Shown: one piece after another, positions 8,627 through 19,312 of the stretch
Position numbering within the stretch: position 1 is the first letter of the stretch
Layout of the letters: each line of letters starts with the position of its first letter
Source of the DNA: Bacteroidia bacterium
Lineage (GTDB): Bacteria; Bacteroidota; Bacteroidia; NS11-12g; UBA9320
NCBI GenBank assembly: GCA_965216465.1
Contig: CBDCFW010000006.1
Location: 224,001 to 288,000, forward strand
Length of the DNA: 64,000 nucleotides
Direction: 5' to 3'
Notes under the pieces: generated by a model
Databases searched by the model: none
Told to the model about the DNA's origin: nothing
What the model saw: only the letters and a program-made list of their open reading frames with translations
Made by a program: the position numbers and the translations under genes

Positions 8627-11002
8627 ATGATGAGAGTATGGGGATTAATCTTCTTGTTTATTGGTTGCGGAGTACTTTATTTCTTCAACAGTTCTTGGAA
8701 CATAAACAATTCACCGGTTCCTCCGTTGGGTAAACTGCTCAATCCGTTTACGGGTATTTGGCAAAACGCAGAAGATTCTACTGATTTTCAAGACATTAAT
8801 TTAGAATCTCCTTTCGTAAATGACGAGATCAAAATTGTTTTTGATGATCGGATGGTACCGCACATTTACGCGAATTCTTTAGAAGATGCCTTATTTGCTC
8901 AAGGCTATGTAGAAGCTTATCACCGTCTATTTCAGATGGATCTTTCGGCACGAGCTACCGATGGCAAACTTTCAGAAATTCTTGGAGAAGATGTTTTAGC
9001 CTACGATCAGAAACAATTAAGGCTAGGTCTAGGCTATGCTGCTGACAATGCAATCGAAGGATGGAATAAGCATACAGAAGAATTGAAATACATGACTAGC
9101 TATGTTCAAGGTATTAATCACTACATCTCGTCATTGAACACAGCAGATTACCCAATGGAGTATAAGCTTCTCGATTTCGAACCTGAAGAATGGACAATGC
9201 GTCATAGTGCTCTAATTTTAAAAGCCATGTCTTTAACTCTTGCGGGTTACGAAGAAGATGTTGAGTTGAGTAACGCGTTGAAATTGCTCGGCAATGAAGA
9301 TTTTAAATTGATATTTCCCGAATACAATCCGAAAGATATCCCAGTGATACAATCGCAATACGTTCCGACCAGCACAGACGAAGTTTCTCCATTGTTAAGT
9401 TGGCAGTATAACCCATCGATTGATAGACAACGTTCACCAGAAGGTGTTGGCAGCAACAACTGGGCGATATCGGCGGAAAGAACTAAAAATGGCTATCCCA
9501 TCTTAGCCAATGACCCTCACTTGGGACTAAGTTTACCTTCTGTATGGTACGAGATTGCAATTTACACTCCTGAATTTTCGGCCCGCGGGGCAACGTTGTT
9601 AGGGATGCCTGGAATAATGATTGGCTTTAATGAGCACATTGCTTGGGGAGAAACAAACGTAGGTCATGACGTGATGGACTACCACCTTATCGATTGGGCA
9701 AATGATGAAAAAACAAAATATTACATCGACAACCAAGTGCACATGGTTGAGTATCGAGAAGAAAAATTTAACGTAAAAGGTGCAGAGCCAGTTGTTGACT
9801 CCGTTAAATATACCATTTGGGGACCTGTAGTCGATAACGATAAAGACCTTGCGCTAAGATGGCTTGCACATGACGAGGCCCCAGGGTTAGAACACCTCGT
9901 TTTTGTTCTTGGTATGACGTGCAAGAACTACGACGAGTACCTTGAAGCTACGGGTAATTTTTACTGCCCTGCTCAAAACTTCGTATATGCCGACAAACAC
10001 GGTGAAATTGGATTAAGAGTTAATGGAAATATTCCCATAAAGAAAAAAGGTCAAGGAAGAATGGTTTCAAGCGGCTCCAAATCAACAGACGGCTGGAATG
10101 GATTCGTACCACGTGAAGAGAATCCCCATGAACGAAATCCCGAGAGAGGATATGTTTCAAGTGCAAATCAATGGAGTACATCACCAGACTATCCCTATTA
10201 CTACAACGGTGGCTTCGAACCATACCGAGGAAGAATAGCAAACGAATATTTAGCTCAGCTTGACAGTGCAACAGTACAAGATGCCATTAAGATGCAACAA
10301 AGCACTATAAGCATTGAAGCGAGAGAAGCACTTCCAATAATGCTCGACAATATCGATTCTAACTTTTTGAGACTACCTGAAATCATAGAACTTCAGAACT
10401 GGGACTATGGTTATCGAGCTAATTCTATATCTGCCAGTTTGTACAATGAATGGTTTGCCAAACTGCATCGACTGATGTGGGATGAAGTCTATGATCATTC
10501 TGACACACTTTCGTTGCCCTCTCCTGATACTTGGGTGACCATTCAATTCATGGAGCGTTATACATCGCATCGCTTGTATGATATAAAAAGAACTAAAAAA
10601 ACAGAAGCTCTTGAGGATCTTATCATGCTTAGTTTAGAGCAAACTTTAAGTGATACAAGCAAATTGAAGGCTTGGGGCAAGGTTAAGCCAGTTTACATTC
10701 CTCACCTAACTCGATTACCTGTGTTTTCTTCTGATTCAATTAACATGAATGGCCACAAATACAGCTTAAATGCTATGCAAGTTAGCTTTGGTCCTAGTTG
10801 GAGAATGGTGGTAGAACTTGCGGACGAACCAAGAGCTTTGGGAATATACCCTGGTGGTCAAAGCGGCAACCCTGGATCCTATTTTTATAAGAACACAATC
10901 AACGATTGGGCAGTTGGCAATTATGTTAACTTACAACTTGCTCAGTCCGACTCATCCATTAACAATCCATTATTTCAGATTACCATAAAACATGAAGAAT
11001 AG
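8627..11002 (+). CDS. Penicillin acylase family Ntn-hydrolase
   Basis: VPHIYA, FAQGY, RLFQMD, GSNNWA (nucleophilic Ser), ANDPHL, PSVWYE and PGGQSGNPGS. Confidence 0.9.
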   Translation: MMRVWGLIFLFIGCGVLYFFNSSWNINNSPVPPLGKLLNPFTGIWQNAEDSTDFQDINLESPFVNDEIKIVFDDRMVPHIYANSLEDALFAQGYVEAYHRLFQMDLSARATDGKLSEILGEDVLAYDQKQLRLGLGYAADNAIEGWNKHTEELKYMTSYVQGINHYISSLNTADYPMEYKLLDFEPEEWTMRHSALILKAMSLTLAGYEEDVELSNALKLLGNEDFKLIFPEYNPKDIPVIQSQYVPTSTDEVSPLLSWQYNPSIDRQRSPEGVGSNNWAISAERTKNGYPILANDPHLGLSLPSVWYEIAIYTPEFSARGATLLGMPGIMIGFNEHIAWGETNVGHDVMDYHLIDWANDEKTKYYIDNQVHMVEYREEKFNVKGAEPVVDSVKYTIWGPVVDNDKDLALRWLAHDEAPGLEHLVFVLGMTCKNYDEYLEATGNFYCPAQNFVYADKHGEIGLRVNGNIPIKKKGQGRMVSSGSKSTDGWNGFVPREENPHERNPERGYVSSANQWSTSPDYPYYYNGGFEPYRGRIANEYLAQLDSATVQDAIKMQQSTISIEAREALPIMLDNIDSNFLRLPEIIELQNWDYGYRANSISASLYNEWFAKLHRLMWDEVYDHSDTLSLPSPDTWVTIQFMERYTSHRLYDIKRTKKTEALEDLIMLSLEQTLSDTSKLKAWGKVKPVYIPHLTRLPVFSSDSINMNGHKYSLNAMQVSFGPSWRMVVELADEPRALGIYPGGQSGNPGSYFYKNTINDWAVGNYVNLQLAQSDSSINNPLFQITIKHEE

Positions 11003-11333
11003 CCTTTACATACTAAGCATGGTTGCATTCACTTATGGGTTGGCATTTGCTGCACCATGGTGGGTTATTGCCGTTATCAGTTTTGGGCTAGCATATATCA
11101 TGCGGGTTAAGCCCATAATTTCTTTTATCGTGTCATTAGTTGGAGTTTATGCCGTATGGGTATTTGCAATATGGTACTATGACAATACCATTGTTTCGAA
11201 TCTCGCGGCAGAACTTCTGGATGTATCCCCCGCTGCAGTTGCACATCTATCTGCACTTATTGGAGGAATTTGTGCCAGTTTCTTTGGAGTTTCTGGTTCT
11301 CTACTTGGAACACGAAATAAATCAGAATCCTAA
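10992..11333 (+). CDS. Small multi-pass membrane protein
   Basis: 113 aa, mostly hydrophobic (APWWVIAVISF). Overlaps the acylase stop, so probably co-transcribed. Confidence 0.7.
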   Translation: MKNSLYILSMVAFTYGLAFAAPWWVIAVISFGLAYIMRVKPIISFIVSLVGVYAVWVFAIWYYDNTIVSNLAAELLDVSPAAVAHLSALIGGICASFFGVSGSLLGTRNKSES

Positions 11334-11995
11334 AAATGTTTGAGGGCCTCACGCTCACTTAAGCCTTGCAGTTTGTGGGATCGAACAAAGTCTAAAACCC
11401 AATCCGCATTCGTTTTGGCATACTCTCTTAGTGCCCATCCAATTGCTTTCTTAATAAAGAACTCTTTATTAGTTATATGAGGAAGAATTAACGCCTTGAG
11501 CAGGTCTGCATCTGTGTCTTTCTTGTACTTCAATTGAAATAAGATACTCGTTCTAATAAGCCAAATGTCCTCACTCGCGTTCCACTTTTCGAGGAATTCC
11601 ATTTTTTGCTCGGGAAATTTCTTAAAAAATGGTCCTGCCAGATTGGAAGCGATAAAATCGACCGTATCCCACCAAGATTTAGTAACTACCAACCATTCAA
11701 TATCGTTAATGGTGTTGGCAGTCCAGTTTCTTTTATTCTTTTGAACCATTTCTTGAGCAACGTAGTGAAGTTCGCGATAAGGTTGATTGAAAAGTTCTCG
11801 AATTACAATCGATACCTCTGATGGCACTCCTAACTCTTTAAATAACTGCCTTGTCAATTCTCTTCGCGGGGTGGCCATTATCCCCAAGTACTCGAATTGC
11901 CCCTTCATGTATTGCTTCATCTTAGCGGCACGTTCAACGTCGATGTAATTCTCAAATATGCTTAAGGCCTTCTCGGACCAAGTATAGTCATTCAT
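11330..11995 (-). CDS. DNA alkylation repair protein (AlkD-like)
   Basis: YMKGQFEYLGI, SWWDTVD, WLIRTSIL, EFFIKKAIGWALREYAK and LSEREALK. Confidence 0.88.
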   Translation of the reverse strand: MNDYTWSEKALSIFENYIDVERAAKMKQYMKGQFEYLGIMATPRRELTRQLFKELGVPSEVSIVIRELFNQPYRELHYVAQEMVQKNKRNWTANTINDIEWLVVTKSWWDTVDFIASNLAGPFFKKFPEQKMEFLEKWNASEDIWLIRTSILFQLKYKKDTDADLLKALILPHITNKEFFIKKAIGWALREYAKTNADWVLDFVRSHKLQGLSEREALKHF

Positions 11996-12055
11996 TACAA
12001 TTCAAATTTAATTCGAATCAATTACAAGTTGCGAAAATTTAAATAGATTCGTATT

Positions 12056-12466
12056 ATGGAAGACTCATCAAAGTACGCCCTTGTTTCCGACCGCTATAAG
12101 GCAGTTTTTGTAGATGGAATGGTTATGATACTGTTAGCATTTATTTTTTCTGTAATTCTTGATCAATTTACCAATGTACCTGAAGAAGTGGATATGGTAT
12201 TGTATGTGCTTGCTTTCTTCTTATATGAGCCTATTTGTGTTTCAACATTTGGTGCGAGTGTAGGACACTATTCCGGAAACATGAAAGTTGTAAGAGAAAG
12301 TGATGAATCGCGAAAATTAAACTTCTTTATGGCCGTAATTCGCTATGCATTAAAAGTGGTTTTAGGAATAATCTCTCTATTTACAGTCACTAAACAAAAT
12401 AAGGGCCAAGCAATTCATGACATGGCAGCTCAGAGTGTTGTAATTTTTAATGAAGAAGCGAAATAA
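12056..12466 (+). CDS. RDD family membrane protein
   Basis: R..A.FVD, GASVGH...MKVV, IRY..K and QAIHDMAAQSVV. Confidence 0.82.
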   Translation: MEDSSKYALVSDRYKAVFVDGMVMILLAFIFSVILDQFTNVPEEVDMVLYVLAFFLYEPICVSTFGASVGHYSGNMKVVRESDESRKLNFFMAVIRYALKVVLGIISLFTVTKQNKGQAIHDMAAQSVVIFNEEAK

Positions 12467-12473
12467 GTTTTGC

Positions 12474-13559
12474 CTATCTCGTTGGATTAATTGCTGCTTT
12501 GATGCTAAAAACGTGTGAGTATAAAGCAGCACTTTGATCACCTATATCAGACAAAGCATAATCTATTGTGATCTTTTTTAAGTCCATACCGATCCCAATA
12601 TTGGGCTGGAAGGTCCAAATTGATTCGTTGCTTAAATTGAGCTCTTCCTGAAAGTTTCCAATTCCTGCTCGTAGGTAAATGATGTCTTTGTACGAACCTT
12701 CAAGACCTAAAACTGGGTCTAAGCTCACAAAGTCAGATTGCAAAACAGTATTTCTTCTACCATCTGTGTTCACCACGGTGTTTAACTCTGCTAATAGGCT
12801 AAAATCATTATTAAACTCAAACTTTCTTGCCGCTCCAAGAATCAGTTTTGGCAGCGTAATTTCCAGTGAATTTACCGGAATGTCATTATCTGTTTGGGCA
12901 AACACCGCTTTTTCTTCATCAGTGAAGTTATAATTCCACGCGTTGAATGTTGAGGTTACATCACGAGCTACGGCTGCGAAAGTCCAATTCTCAGTTTCGT
13001 ACCGCGAGCTAATATCAAGGCCAAATCCCCATGCAGTAGTAAACTCTCCTGCTCTTCTGTGGATTATCTTAGCACTTCCCCCAAAACTAAGCCCATCCGT
13101 TATTGCCTTTTGAGCATAACTAACAAAAAAACCGTAGTCGATAGCACTAAACTCCGTAACTCGATTGTAGTTAATTTGGCCGTTTTGAATCAAATCAAGT
13201 GTATTGGGTATACCATCAACACCAAATCTAACCATTGAGAAAGCTAGTGCTCCTTTATCTTTTACCTGAGTGCTTAATCCGAGGTAATCGTAATTAGCAA
13301 TGCCCGCTAAGTAAGCAGAATGCATAAATGAAAGCTGAAGTTTATCTTTTTGCTTAACCATGCCTGAAGGATTCCAATACCCTCCAGTTACATCATCTGT
13401 TGAAGCTATAACTGCATTCGACATACCAAATGCCCTTGCTCCAACACCAATTGATAAAAACTCGTTGCTGTATTTGGCCGTTGACTGACCGTAAACCACA
13501 TGACTTCCGCAGATGATTGCGGCAAGCATCATAAGTGATTTAAGTTTATTTCGTTTCAT
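12474..13559 (-). CDS. PorV/PorQ-family outer-membrane beta-barrel (T9SS shuttle-like)
   Basis: Signal peptide then KYSNEFLSIGVGARAFGM, D.TGGYWNPSG, GFGLD, YLRAG and IDYA. Confidence 0.78.
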   Translation of the reverse strand: MKRNKLKSLMMLAAIICGSHVVYGQSTAKYSNEFLSIGVGARAFGMSNAVIASTDDVTGGYWNPSGMVKQKDKLQLSFMHSAYLAGIANYDYLGLSTQVKDKGALAFSMVRFGVDGIPNTLDLIQNGQINYNRVTEFSAIDYGFFVSYAQKAITDGLSFGGSAKIIHRRAGEFTTAWGFGLDISSRYETENWTFAAVARDVTSTFNAWNYNFTDEEKAVFAQTDNDIPVNSLEITLPKLILGAARKFEFNNDFSLLAELNTVVNTDGRRNTVLQSDFVSLDPVLGLEGSYKDIIYLRAGIGNFQEELNLSNESIWTFQPNIGIGMDLKKITIDYALSDIGDQSAALYSHVFSIKAAINPTR

Positions 13560-13565
13560 ATAAGT

Positions 13566-14222
13566 TTAGAGAAGCTGTATTTCTAAAGCATCAATAGAAC
13601 GTTCGAGTTCGGGTTCTATTGTCTCACAAATTTCAATTAATAAATCTCGTTGATCCTGATTCAGCTCAACAAGACCGGTCTTTATTGCAACTTGTTCTAC
13701 AGCATTCACTACATTTTCTATGCTCGTATAGTTCCGCATAAATGCTGCTTTCATGAACCGTCTATGCATTCCTTTCCACAATTCGTCGTCTTGCAGACCT
13801 GCATAGCGCATGTATTTCAACACCCACTCTTGTTCTACGCTTTCAATCATAGCGTAAAAATCGTCAGGAAGCGAAGGGTTTTTATCAACTAAAACCTTGT
13901 CAAGAAGTACTTCCACAAGAATGTGTGTAATAAAGTAGTCTCTATTTATGTCTTTATCTCCATTTTCACGGATCATGTCTGTAGCTCGTGTAGTTAGATC
14001 TACAAACACCATCCAATTATGGAACTTTCGATCGCTGGCAAAGTGTTTATTACACCCGTTGTTGATTGAAGCAATCTCGTGTGTTGTAAACTCAATATTT
14101 CTATAAGGATTGATTCGAAGTTTGGAAATATAACTTCTCGCCAAATCAGGTAATATTAAACCAATGTTATAATATTTATTCTCCTCGTCCCTATCAAAAT
14201 AAAAATGACTTAAATAATTCAC
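13566..14222 (-). CDS. AcpH / ACP-phosphodiesterase-like metal-dependent hydrolase
   Basis: GTG start. MNYLSH, G..LPD, G..KH...D..FH and HILVEVLLD give a His/Asp pattern like AcpH-related proteins. Confidence 0.55.
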   Translation of the reverse strand: MNYLSHFYFDRDEENKYYNIGLILPDLARSYISKLRINPYRNIEFTTHEIASINNGCNKHFASDRKFHNWMVFVDLTTRATDMIRENGDKDINRDYFITHILVEVLLDKVLVDKNPSLPDDFYAMIESVEQEWVLKYMRYAGLQDDELWKGMHRRFMKAAFMRNYTSIENVVNAVEQVAIKTGLVELNQDQRDLLIEICETIEPELERSIDALEIQLL

Positions 14223-14312
14223 TACTGCAAAGAAAATAAATTGTTAACAATAAAAATAATCAAGCTTTGCTAACGTTGTAATTTGCGACACTTATTTTAG
14301 ACTATCACAATT

Positions 14313-14849
14313 ATGAGAATTAAATACACCATACTCCTTTTAGCATTCGGAATTGTATCGTTTGCACAAGATAATGTAATACCCACAAATGAAAAAACTG
14401 GCAATGCTGAGTACGCTGATGTAGTTAACGTTTCAGGTGCTTCTTCTGGCGACTTGTATGAGCGAACTATGCTTTGGATTAACGACTTTTATCCAAACCC
14501 AACAGGAACAGTCAAATCAAAAGATTCAGCTAGTCAGGTAACCTGTAAAGGTCGATTTAAAATTAAATTAGTTGACAAGAAAGGAAACACTATAGGTCAG
14601 GGATTTGTATCTTATAACTTAAAGTTTGAGTTTAAGGAAGGAAAATACCGTTATGTTGTTTCTAAAATTGCTTGGCAGCGTTCTTCATACTACGATGTAA
14701 GCAAGTGGGAAGATAAAGACGACCCTCGCTATGAGCCTAAAGTATATCCTGGTTATGTCACTCAAACACATGAGTATATAGAAGACATGATATCTAAATT
14801 TGAAGAAGCAATTGCTACTCCTATTGAAGAAGAGTCTTCTGATTGGTAG
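14313..14849 (+). CDS. Exported DUF4468-like protein
   Basis: Signal peptide; YADVVNV.G.S..DLY.R...W and KFEFKEGKYRY. Confidence 0.65.
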   Translation: MRIKYTILLLAFGIVSFAQDNVIPTNEKTGNAEYADVVNVSGASSGDLYERTMLWINDFYPNPTGTVKSKDSASQVTCKGRFKIKLVDKKGNTIGQGFVSYNLKFEFKEGKYRYVVSKIAWQRSSYYDVSKWEDKDDPRYEPKVYPGYVTQTHEYIEDMISKFEEAIATPIEEESSDW

Positions 14850-14977
14850 ATTATACCCTTTCTTAATAACGCTATTGAATTAAAGAATCTAGTTGCGGGT
14901 AGATTTAAAATACCTTTGCTAGCGAAATATTGAATTGGCCTATTCATGGCTTGTTCGGTTACTTTCGCAGCTTTTAA

Positions 14978-16366
14978 ATGTCGTCCTCAAGAAATACATC
15001 AGGAAAATTAGGAACCGAACCGATCGGCAAATTGCTTTTAAAGCAAAGTGTTCCGGCTGCAATGGGTTTCTTAGTGATGTCATTCTACCAAATGGTTGAC
15101 ACCTTCTTCGTGAGCAAGTTTATAGGCGAAACTGCAATCGGAGCTATAACTGTTGTGCTTCCCATCACATTCCTAATTTCATCTTTTGGGATGGCAATCG
15201 GCGTAGGTGGATCAAGCATTATATCTAGGGCTTTAGGTAACGACGACAAAGAACGAGCAGAACAAACCTTTGGAAATCAACTCCTGCTTACTTTTAGCTT
15301 GGTTGTTCTCTTTGTGATTATCGGCTTTGTCTTTAATGAGCAAATTCTGAAACTGTTTGGAGCAAATAAATTCATCCTTCCAGAAGCAAAGACCTACTTC
15401 AATATTCTGTTGCTTGGAATTCCATTTTTAGGATGGGCAATGATGAGTAACAATGTAATTCGAGCCGAAGGAAAGCCCAAGGTTGCCATGTTGACGTTAG
15501 TAATTCCAGCGGTGGTAAATATCGTGCTCGATCCCATATTGATCTACTATCTCGATATGGGTATCGCAGGTGCTGCATGGGCTACAACATTGGGGTATTT
15601 GTTTAGTGGAGCTTACACTGCATGGTTCTTTTTAACAGGCAAAAGCGAGTTAAACTTTAAGACCAAGTATCTGCGATTGAAGAATAACATCGTTCGTGAA
15701 ATGAGTTCAATTGGATCGGTAACACTTGTTAGACAAGGAAGCTTTAGCATTTTGGCTATTGTTTTAAACAACTCATTAAACAAATACGGACTTATTGAGT
15801 ACACCGACACGCTTGGTGAAGAAGGCGGTGCGCATGCCATTGCTGTATATGGACTTATTCGAACCTTCACGCTCTTTGTAGCGTTCCCAAATATTGGAAT
15901 TATGCAAGGCCTTATGCCTATTGTTGGATTCAATTACGGTGCAAAACTTTGGAAGAGGCTAAAAGATAGCATACGCTTGTCGATACAATGGACAACCATA
16001 TCTTCAACTGTAATGTTCGTATTGATATTAGTTTTTGCTCAGCAGTTAATTAATTTCTTTACCGAAGACCCTGAGCTTCAGGCTTCAACACCGCGAGCAC
16101 TTATAATCGTCTTTCTTTCTCTCCCGTTGATGGGGCTGGGTTTTATTGGAAGTGCTTATTTCCAAGCAATAGGAAAAACCCGACCGGCAATGTTTTTAAC
16201 GCTAGCCAGACAAGGATTATTCATGGTTCCTCTTGTTCTAATTCTACCCATTTTCTTTAGCTTGGATGGAATTTGGTACGCAATACCAATTGGTGAATTC
16301 TTAGCCACCATTGTAAGTGCAATTTGGCTTTGGAAGGAAGTTTTTCGAAAAGACTTTGAAGCTTAG
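14978..16366 (+). CDS. MATE family efflux transporter
   Basis: LGTEPIGKLL..SVPA, YQMVDTFFV, RAEG, NIVLDPIL, MGIAGAAWAT, PIVGFNYGA; about 12 hydrophobic segments. Confidence 0.92.
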   Translation: MSSSRNTSGKLGTEPIGKLLLKQSVPAAMGFLVMSFYQMVDTFFVSKFIGETAIGAITVVLPITFLISSFGMAIGVGGSSIISRALGNDDKERAEQTFGNQLLLTFSLVVLFVIIGFVFNEQILKLFGANKFILPEAKTYFNILLLGIPFLGWAMMSNNVIRAEGKPKVAMLTLVIPAVVNIVLDPILIYYLDMGIAGAAWATTLGYLFSGAYTAWFFLTGKSELNFKTKYLRLKNNIVREMSSIGSVTLVRQGSFSILAIVLNNSLNKYGLIEYTDTLGEEGGAHAIAVYGLIRTFTLFVAFPNIGIMQGLMPIVGFNYGAKLWKRLKDSIRLSIQWTTISSTVMFVLILVFAQQLINFFTEDPELQASTPRALIIVFLSLPLMGLGFIGSAYFQAIGKTRPAMFLTLARQGLFMVPLVLILPIFFSLDGIWYAIPIGEFLATIVSAIWLWKEVFRKDFEA

Positions 16367-19083
16367 ATTTCAAAAGCCTTTGCCACAATAGCTTCTTGCT
16401 CATTCTTGTGCACAGTTGCGTAACCTGTAGCAGGACTTGCACTGCTTCTACGCGTAATGCACGTAAAGTTGTGTGCCCAATCATAACGCAATAGATGCAT
16501 CCATGCTCCCATGTTCTTTGGCTCTTCTTGAACCCAAGTAAATTGAGCATTTTTGTATTTCTTGAACAACGCTTCGATCTGCTTTTCTGGCATTGGATAA
16601 AGTTGCTCCAGTCGTACTATAGCAACATCTTTTCTATTATCGTTTTGCTGCTTCTCAAACAAATCGTAATACACCTTGCCAGAACATATGTTTACTTTCT
16701 TGACTTTTTTAACATCTACAAAAGAATCATCAATTACTTCTTGAAACTCGTTCTTTGTGAAGTCGTCAGTTGTACTCACACATTTAGGATGACGCAACAA
16801 GCTCTTAGGACTCATAATAACCAATGGCTTTCTAAAGTCTCTATTAATTTGACGTCTAAAAGCATGAAACAAGTTTGCAGGTGTAGATATGTTCATTACT
16901 TGCATATTGGCAGAAGCACATAGCTGCAAATAGCGCTCTAAACGAGCCGAACTGTGTTCTGGTCCTTGACCCTCATATCCGTGAGGCAATAGCATTACAA
17001 GTCCACTATATCTTCCCCATTTTGTTTCTCCACTGGCTACAAACTGATCAATCATAACCTGTGCACCGTTTGAGAAATCGCCAAACTGAGCTTCCCAAAT
17101 AGTAAGTCCGTATGGTCGAGCAGTTGAATAACCGTACTCGAATCCAAGAACAGCAAACTCTGAAAGCAATGAATTGTAAATCGAAAATTCAGCTTGCTTC
17201 TCACTAATATGGTTTAAAGGAATGTGCTCTTTAGCTCCAGCTTCAGTTTTAATTACGGCATGGCGATGAGAGAAGGTTCCTCTTTCTACATCTTGTCCAG
17301 TAATTCTAACTGGAATTTCTTCTTCAAGTAAAGAACCATAAGCCATTAACTCGCCCATAGCCCAGTCATATACCCCATTTTCTACCATTTGCTTACGATC
17401 GTTATACAACTTCGTAATCTTTCGAATGGGCAAATGATTCTCAGGTATTTCAGTAACAGCTTGTGCAATTTTCTTAAGTGCTCGAGCAGAAATTGAGGTT
17501 TTTGATTTTTTATCAAAATCTTCCTTTGTTCCACTTTTAAACTTGCTCCAGGTGGTTTTTGGTAGGTTGTTGTCTTCCGGAATTTTATTGTTTCGAACAT
17601 CTTCAAGATTCTTTTGAAGCATTGCTTTAAACTCTTTTTCTAAGTTCTTGGCAAGATTGGCCTCAATACTTCCTTGGCTAGTTAACTTTTGAGAATAGAT
17701 TTCTCTTGGATTGGGATGTTTAGAAATAGCCTTATACAATACCGGCTGAGTAAACTTAGGTTCATCACCTTCGTTATGACCATATTTTCTATAGCCTAAG
17801 ATATCTACAAAAACATCTGTTTTGAAGGTATGGCGGTACTCTAGGGCTAATTTGATTGTATAAACCAAAGCTTCAACATCGTCTCCATTTACATGGAATA
17901 CTGGGCATTTAGTTGTCTTAGCAACATCAGTACAATAAATAGAAGTACGTCCATCAATATAATTAGTCGTAAAGCCAATTTGATTGTTGGTAATCAAATG
18001 CAAGGTTCCTCCAACATTGTAGCCGTCTAATCCTGCCATTTGGATTACTTCATATACAATTCCCTGGCCGGCTACAGCTGCATCTCCATGAATCAATATC
18101 GGTGTAACTTTTGAAGTATCACTGTTGTAGTCGCGGTCTAATTTAGCTCTGGTTATACCTTGAACTACTGGATTAACCGCCTCCAAGTGAGATGGGTTTG
18201 GACTCAAATTCAGTTTAACATCCTTACCCAAGCTGGTCTTAACCATGCTGGTATAACCCAAATGATATTTTACATCGCCTTCAAAAATTGCTTCTTCGTA
18301 TGCTTTACCTTCAAACTCGCTAAAAATCTCGGCGTAGCTCTTTTTCATGATGTTGGCCAAGACGTTTAATCTTCCACGATGTGCCATTCCTATCACAAAT
18401 TCCTGCACTCCATGAGATGCTCCTAATTCAATTGCAGAATCAAGAGCAGGAATTAAGCTTTCTAAACCTTCGAGCGAAAACCTTTTTTGTCCAACATATT
18501 TCGTATGCAAGAAATTTTCAAATGCAACAGCCTGATTTAACTTTTCTAAAGTCAATCGCTTTTGTTCCATCGTAAAATCTGGAGTATTCTTACGTTGCTC
18601 CATCCTTTTCTGCAACCATTCTTTACGTTCTGGATAAGGAATGTACATGTATTCAACCCCAATGCTTCCGCAGTAGGTTTGCTCACAATGTGCAATTATA
18701 TCTTTCAATTTTGCTGGGCCAATACCCAACTCTACACCCGCATTGAATGTTTTGTCGAGGTCGGCTTTTGTCAATCCAAAATTCTCAATTGATAAATCTG
18801 GAGTGTATGTTCGACGCTCTCTAACTGGGTTCGTTTTAGTGAATAAGTGACCTCTTGTTCTGTACCCATTGTTAATGAGATTAAGAACATTGATCTCCTT
18901 CATCATGTCTTCTGAGACAACGCCTCCTTCTCCACCTAAACCTAAATCTCCATAGGCTAGATCGAAGCCTTCGAAGAATCTTTGCCAGCTTTCGTCAACT
19001 GAATTTTTGTCGTTTTTATATTGGTCGTAGAGATGTTCTATTGAATCAACATCTGCATTGCTTAAATACGAATGATTTAACAT
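16363..19083 (-). CDS. sucA: 2-oxoglutarate dehydrogenase E1 component
   Basis: KRFSLEG, GMAHRGRLNVL, GDVKYHLG, NPSHLE, HGDAA, WEAQFGDF and LPHGYEGQGPEHSSAR. ATG 19083 is preferred because a -7 box lies at 19101-19108. Confidence 0.96.
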   Translation of the reverse strand: MLNHSYLSNADVDSIEHLYDQYKNDKNSVDESWQRFFEGFDLAYGDLGLGGEGGVVSEDMMKEINVLNLINNGYRTRGHLFTKTNPVRERRTYTPDLSIENFGLTKADLDKTFNAGVELGIGPAKLKDIIAHCEQTYCGSIGVEYMYIPYPERKEWLQKRMEQRKNTPDFTMEQKRLTLEKLNQAVAFENFLHTKYVGQKRFSLEGLESLIPALDSAIELGASHGVQEFVIGMAHRGRLNVLANIMKKSYAEIFSEFEGKAYEEAIFEGDVKYHLGYTSMVKTSLGKDVKLNLSPNPSHLEAVNPVVQGITRAKLDRDYNSDTSKVTPILIHGDAAVAGQGIVYEVIQMAGLDGYNVGGTLHLITNNQIGFTTNYIDGRTSIYCTDVAKTTKCPVFHVNGDDVEALVYTIKLALEYRHTFKTDVFVDILGYRKYGHNEGDEPKFTQPVLYKAISKHPNPREIYSQKLTSQGSIEANLAKNLEKEFKAMLQKNLEDVRNNKIPEDNNLPKTTWSKFKSGTKEDFDKKSKTSISARALKKIAQAVTEIPENHLPIRKITKLYNDRKQMVENGVYDWAMGELMAYGSLLEEEIPVRITGQDVERGTFSHRHAVIKTEAGAKEHIPLNHISEKQAEFSIYNSLLSEFAVLGFEYGYSTARPYGLTIWEAQFGDFSNGAQVMIDQFVASGETKWGRYSGLVMLLPHGYEGQGPEHSSARLERYLQLCASANMQVMNISTPANLFHAFRRQINRDFRKPLVIMSPKSLLRHPKCVSTTDDFTKNEFQEVIDDSFVDVKKVKKVNICSGKVYYDLFEKQQNDNRKDVAIVRLEQLYPMPEKQIEALFKKYKNAQFTWVQEEPKNMGAWMHLLRYDWAHNFTCITRRSSASPATGYATVHKNEQEAIVAKAFEI

Positions 19084-19100
19084 TTTTTGAAATAGAAAGG

Positions 19101-19108
19101 CAAAGATA
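19101..19108 (-). promoter_or_regulatory. Sigma-A -7 box (TATCTTTG) for sucA
   Basis: Exact TAnnTTTG match 17 nt upstream of ATG 19083. Confidence 0.6.
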
Positions 19109-19312
19109 GAAGACTCTAAGTCAAAGCATATAGGAAAAAGCATGTTTTATCAATTCTTTTCCCAAAGTTTTCCAAAATATTAAGCAATTGTAAGTATGTA
19201 CTCACTCATTATTTACATCTATTGAAGATTGTAGTACGTCTAAAATTGAAGCATTCGGTATGAGTCAATATAAAATTATTGGTATATTACGACAAAATCA
19301 AATCACAACAAT

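Noticed and set aside
16495-16923. 142-aa antisense ORF inside sucA, and the other short nested ORFs in the track
   Set aside because: They lie within well-supported genes and show no recognisable motifs; treated as shadow ORFs.
19084-19143. Longer N-termini given by the ORF track (sucA 19143; likewise 4372, 42907, 57608)
   Set aside because: The extensions run over -7 promoter boxes and add non-conserved residues, so downstream ATGs fit better.
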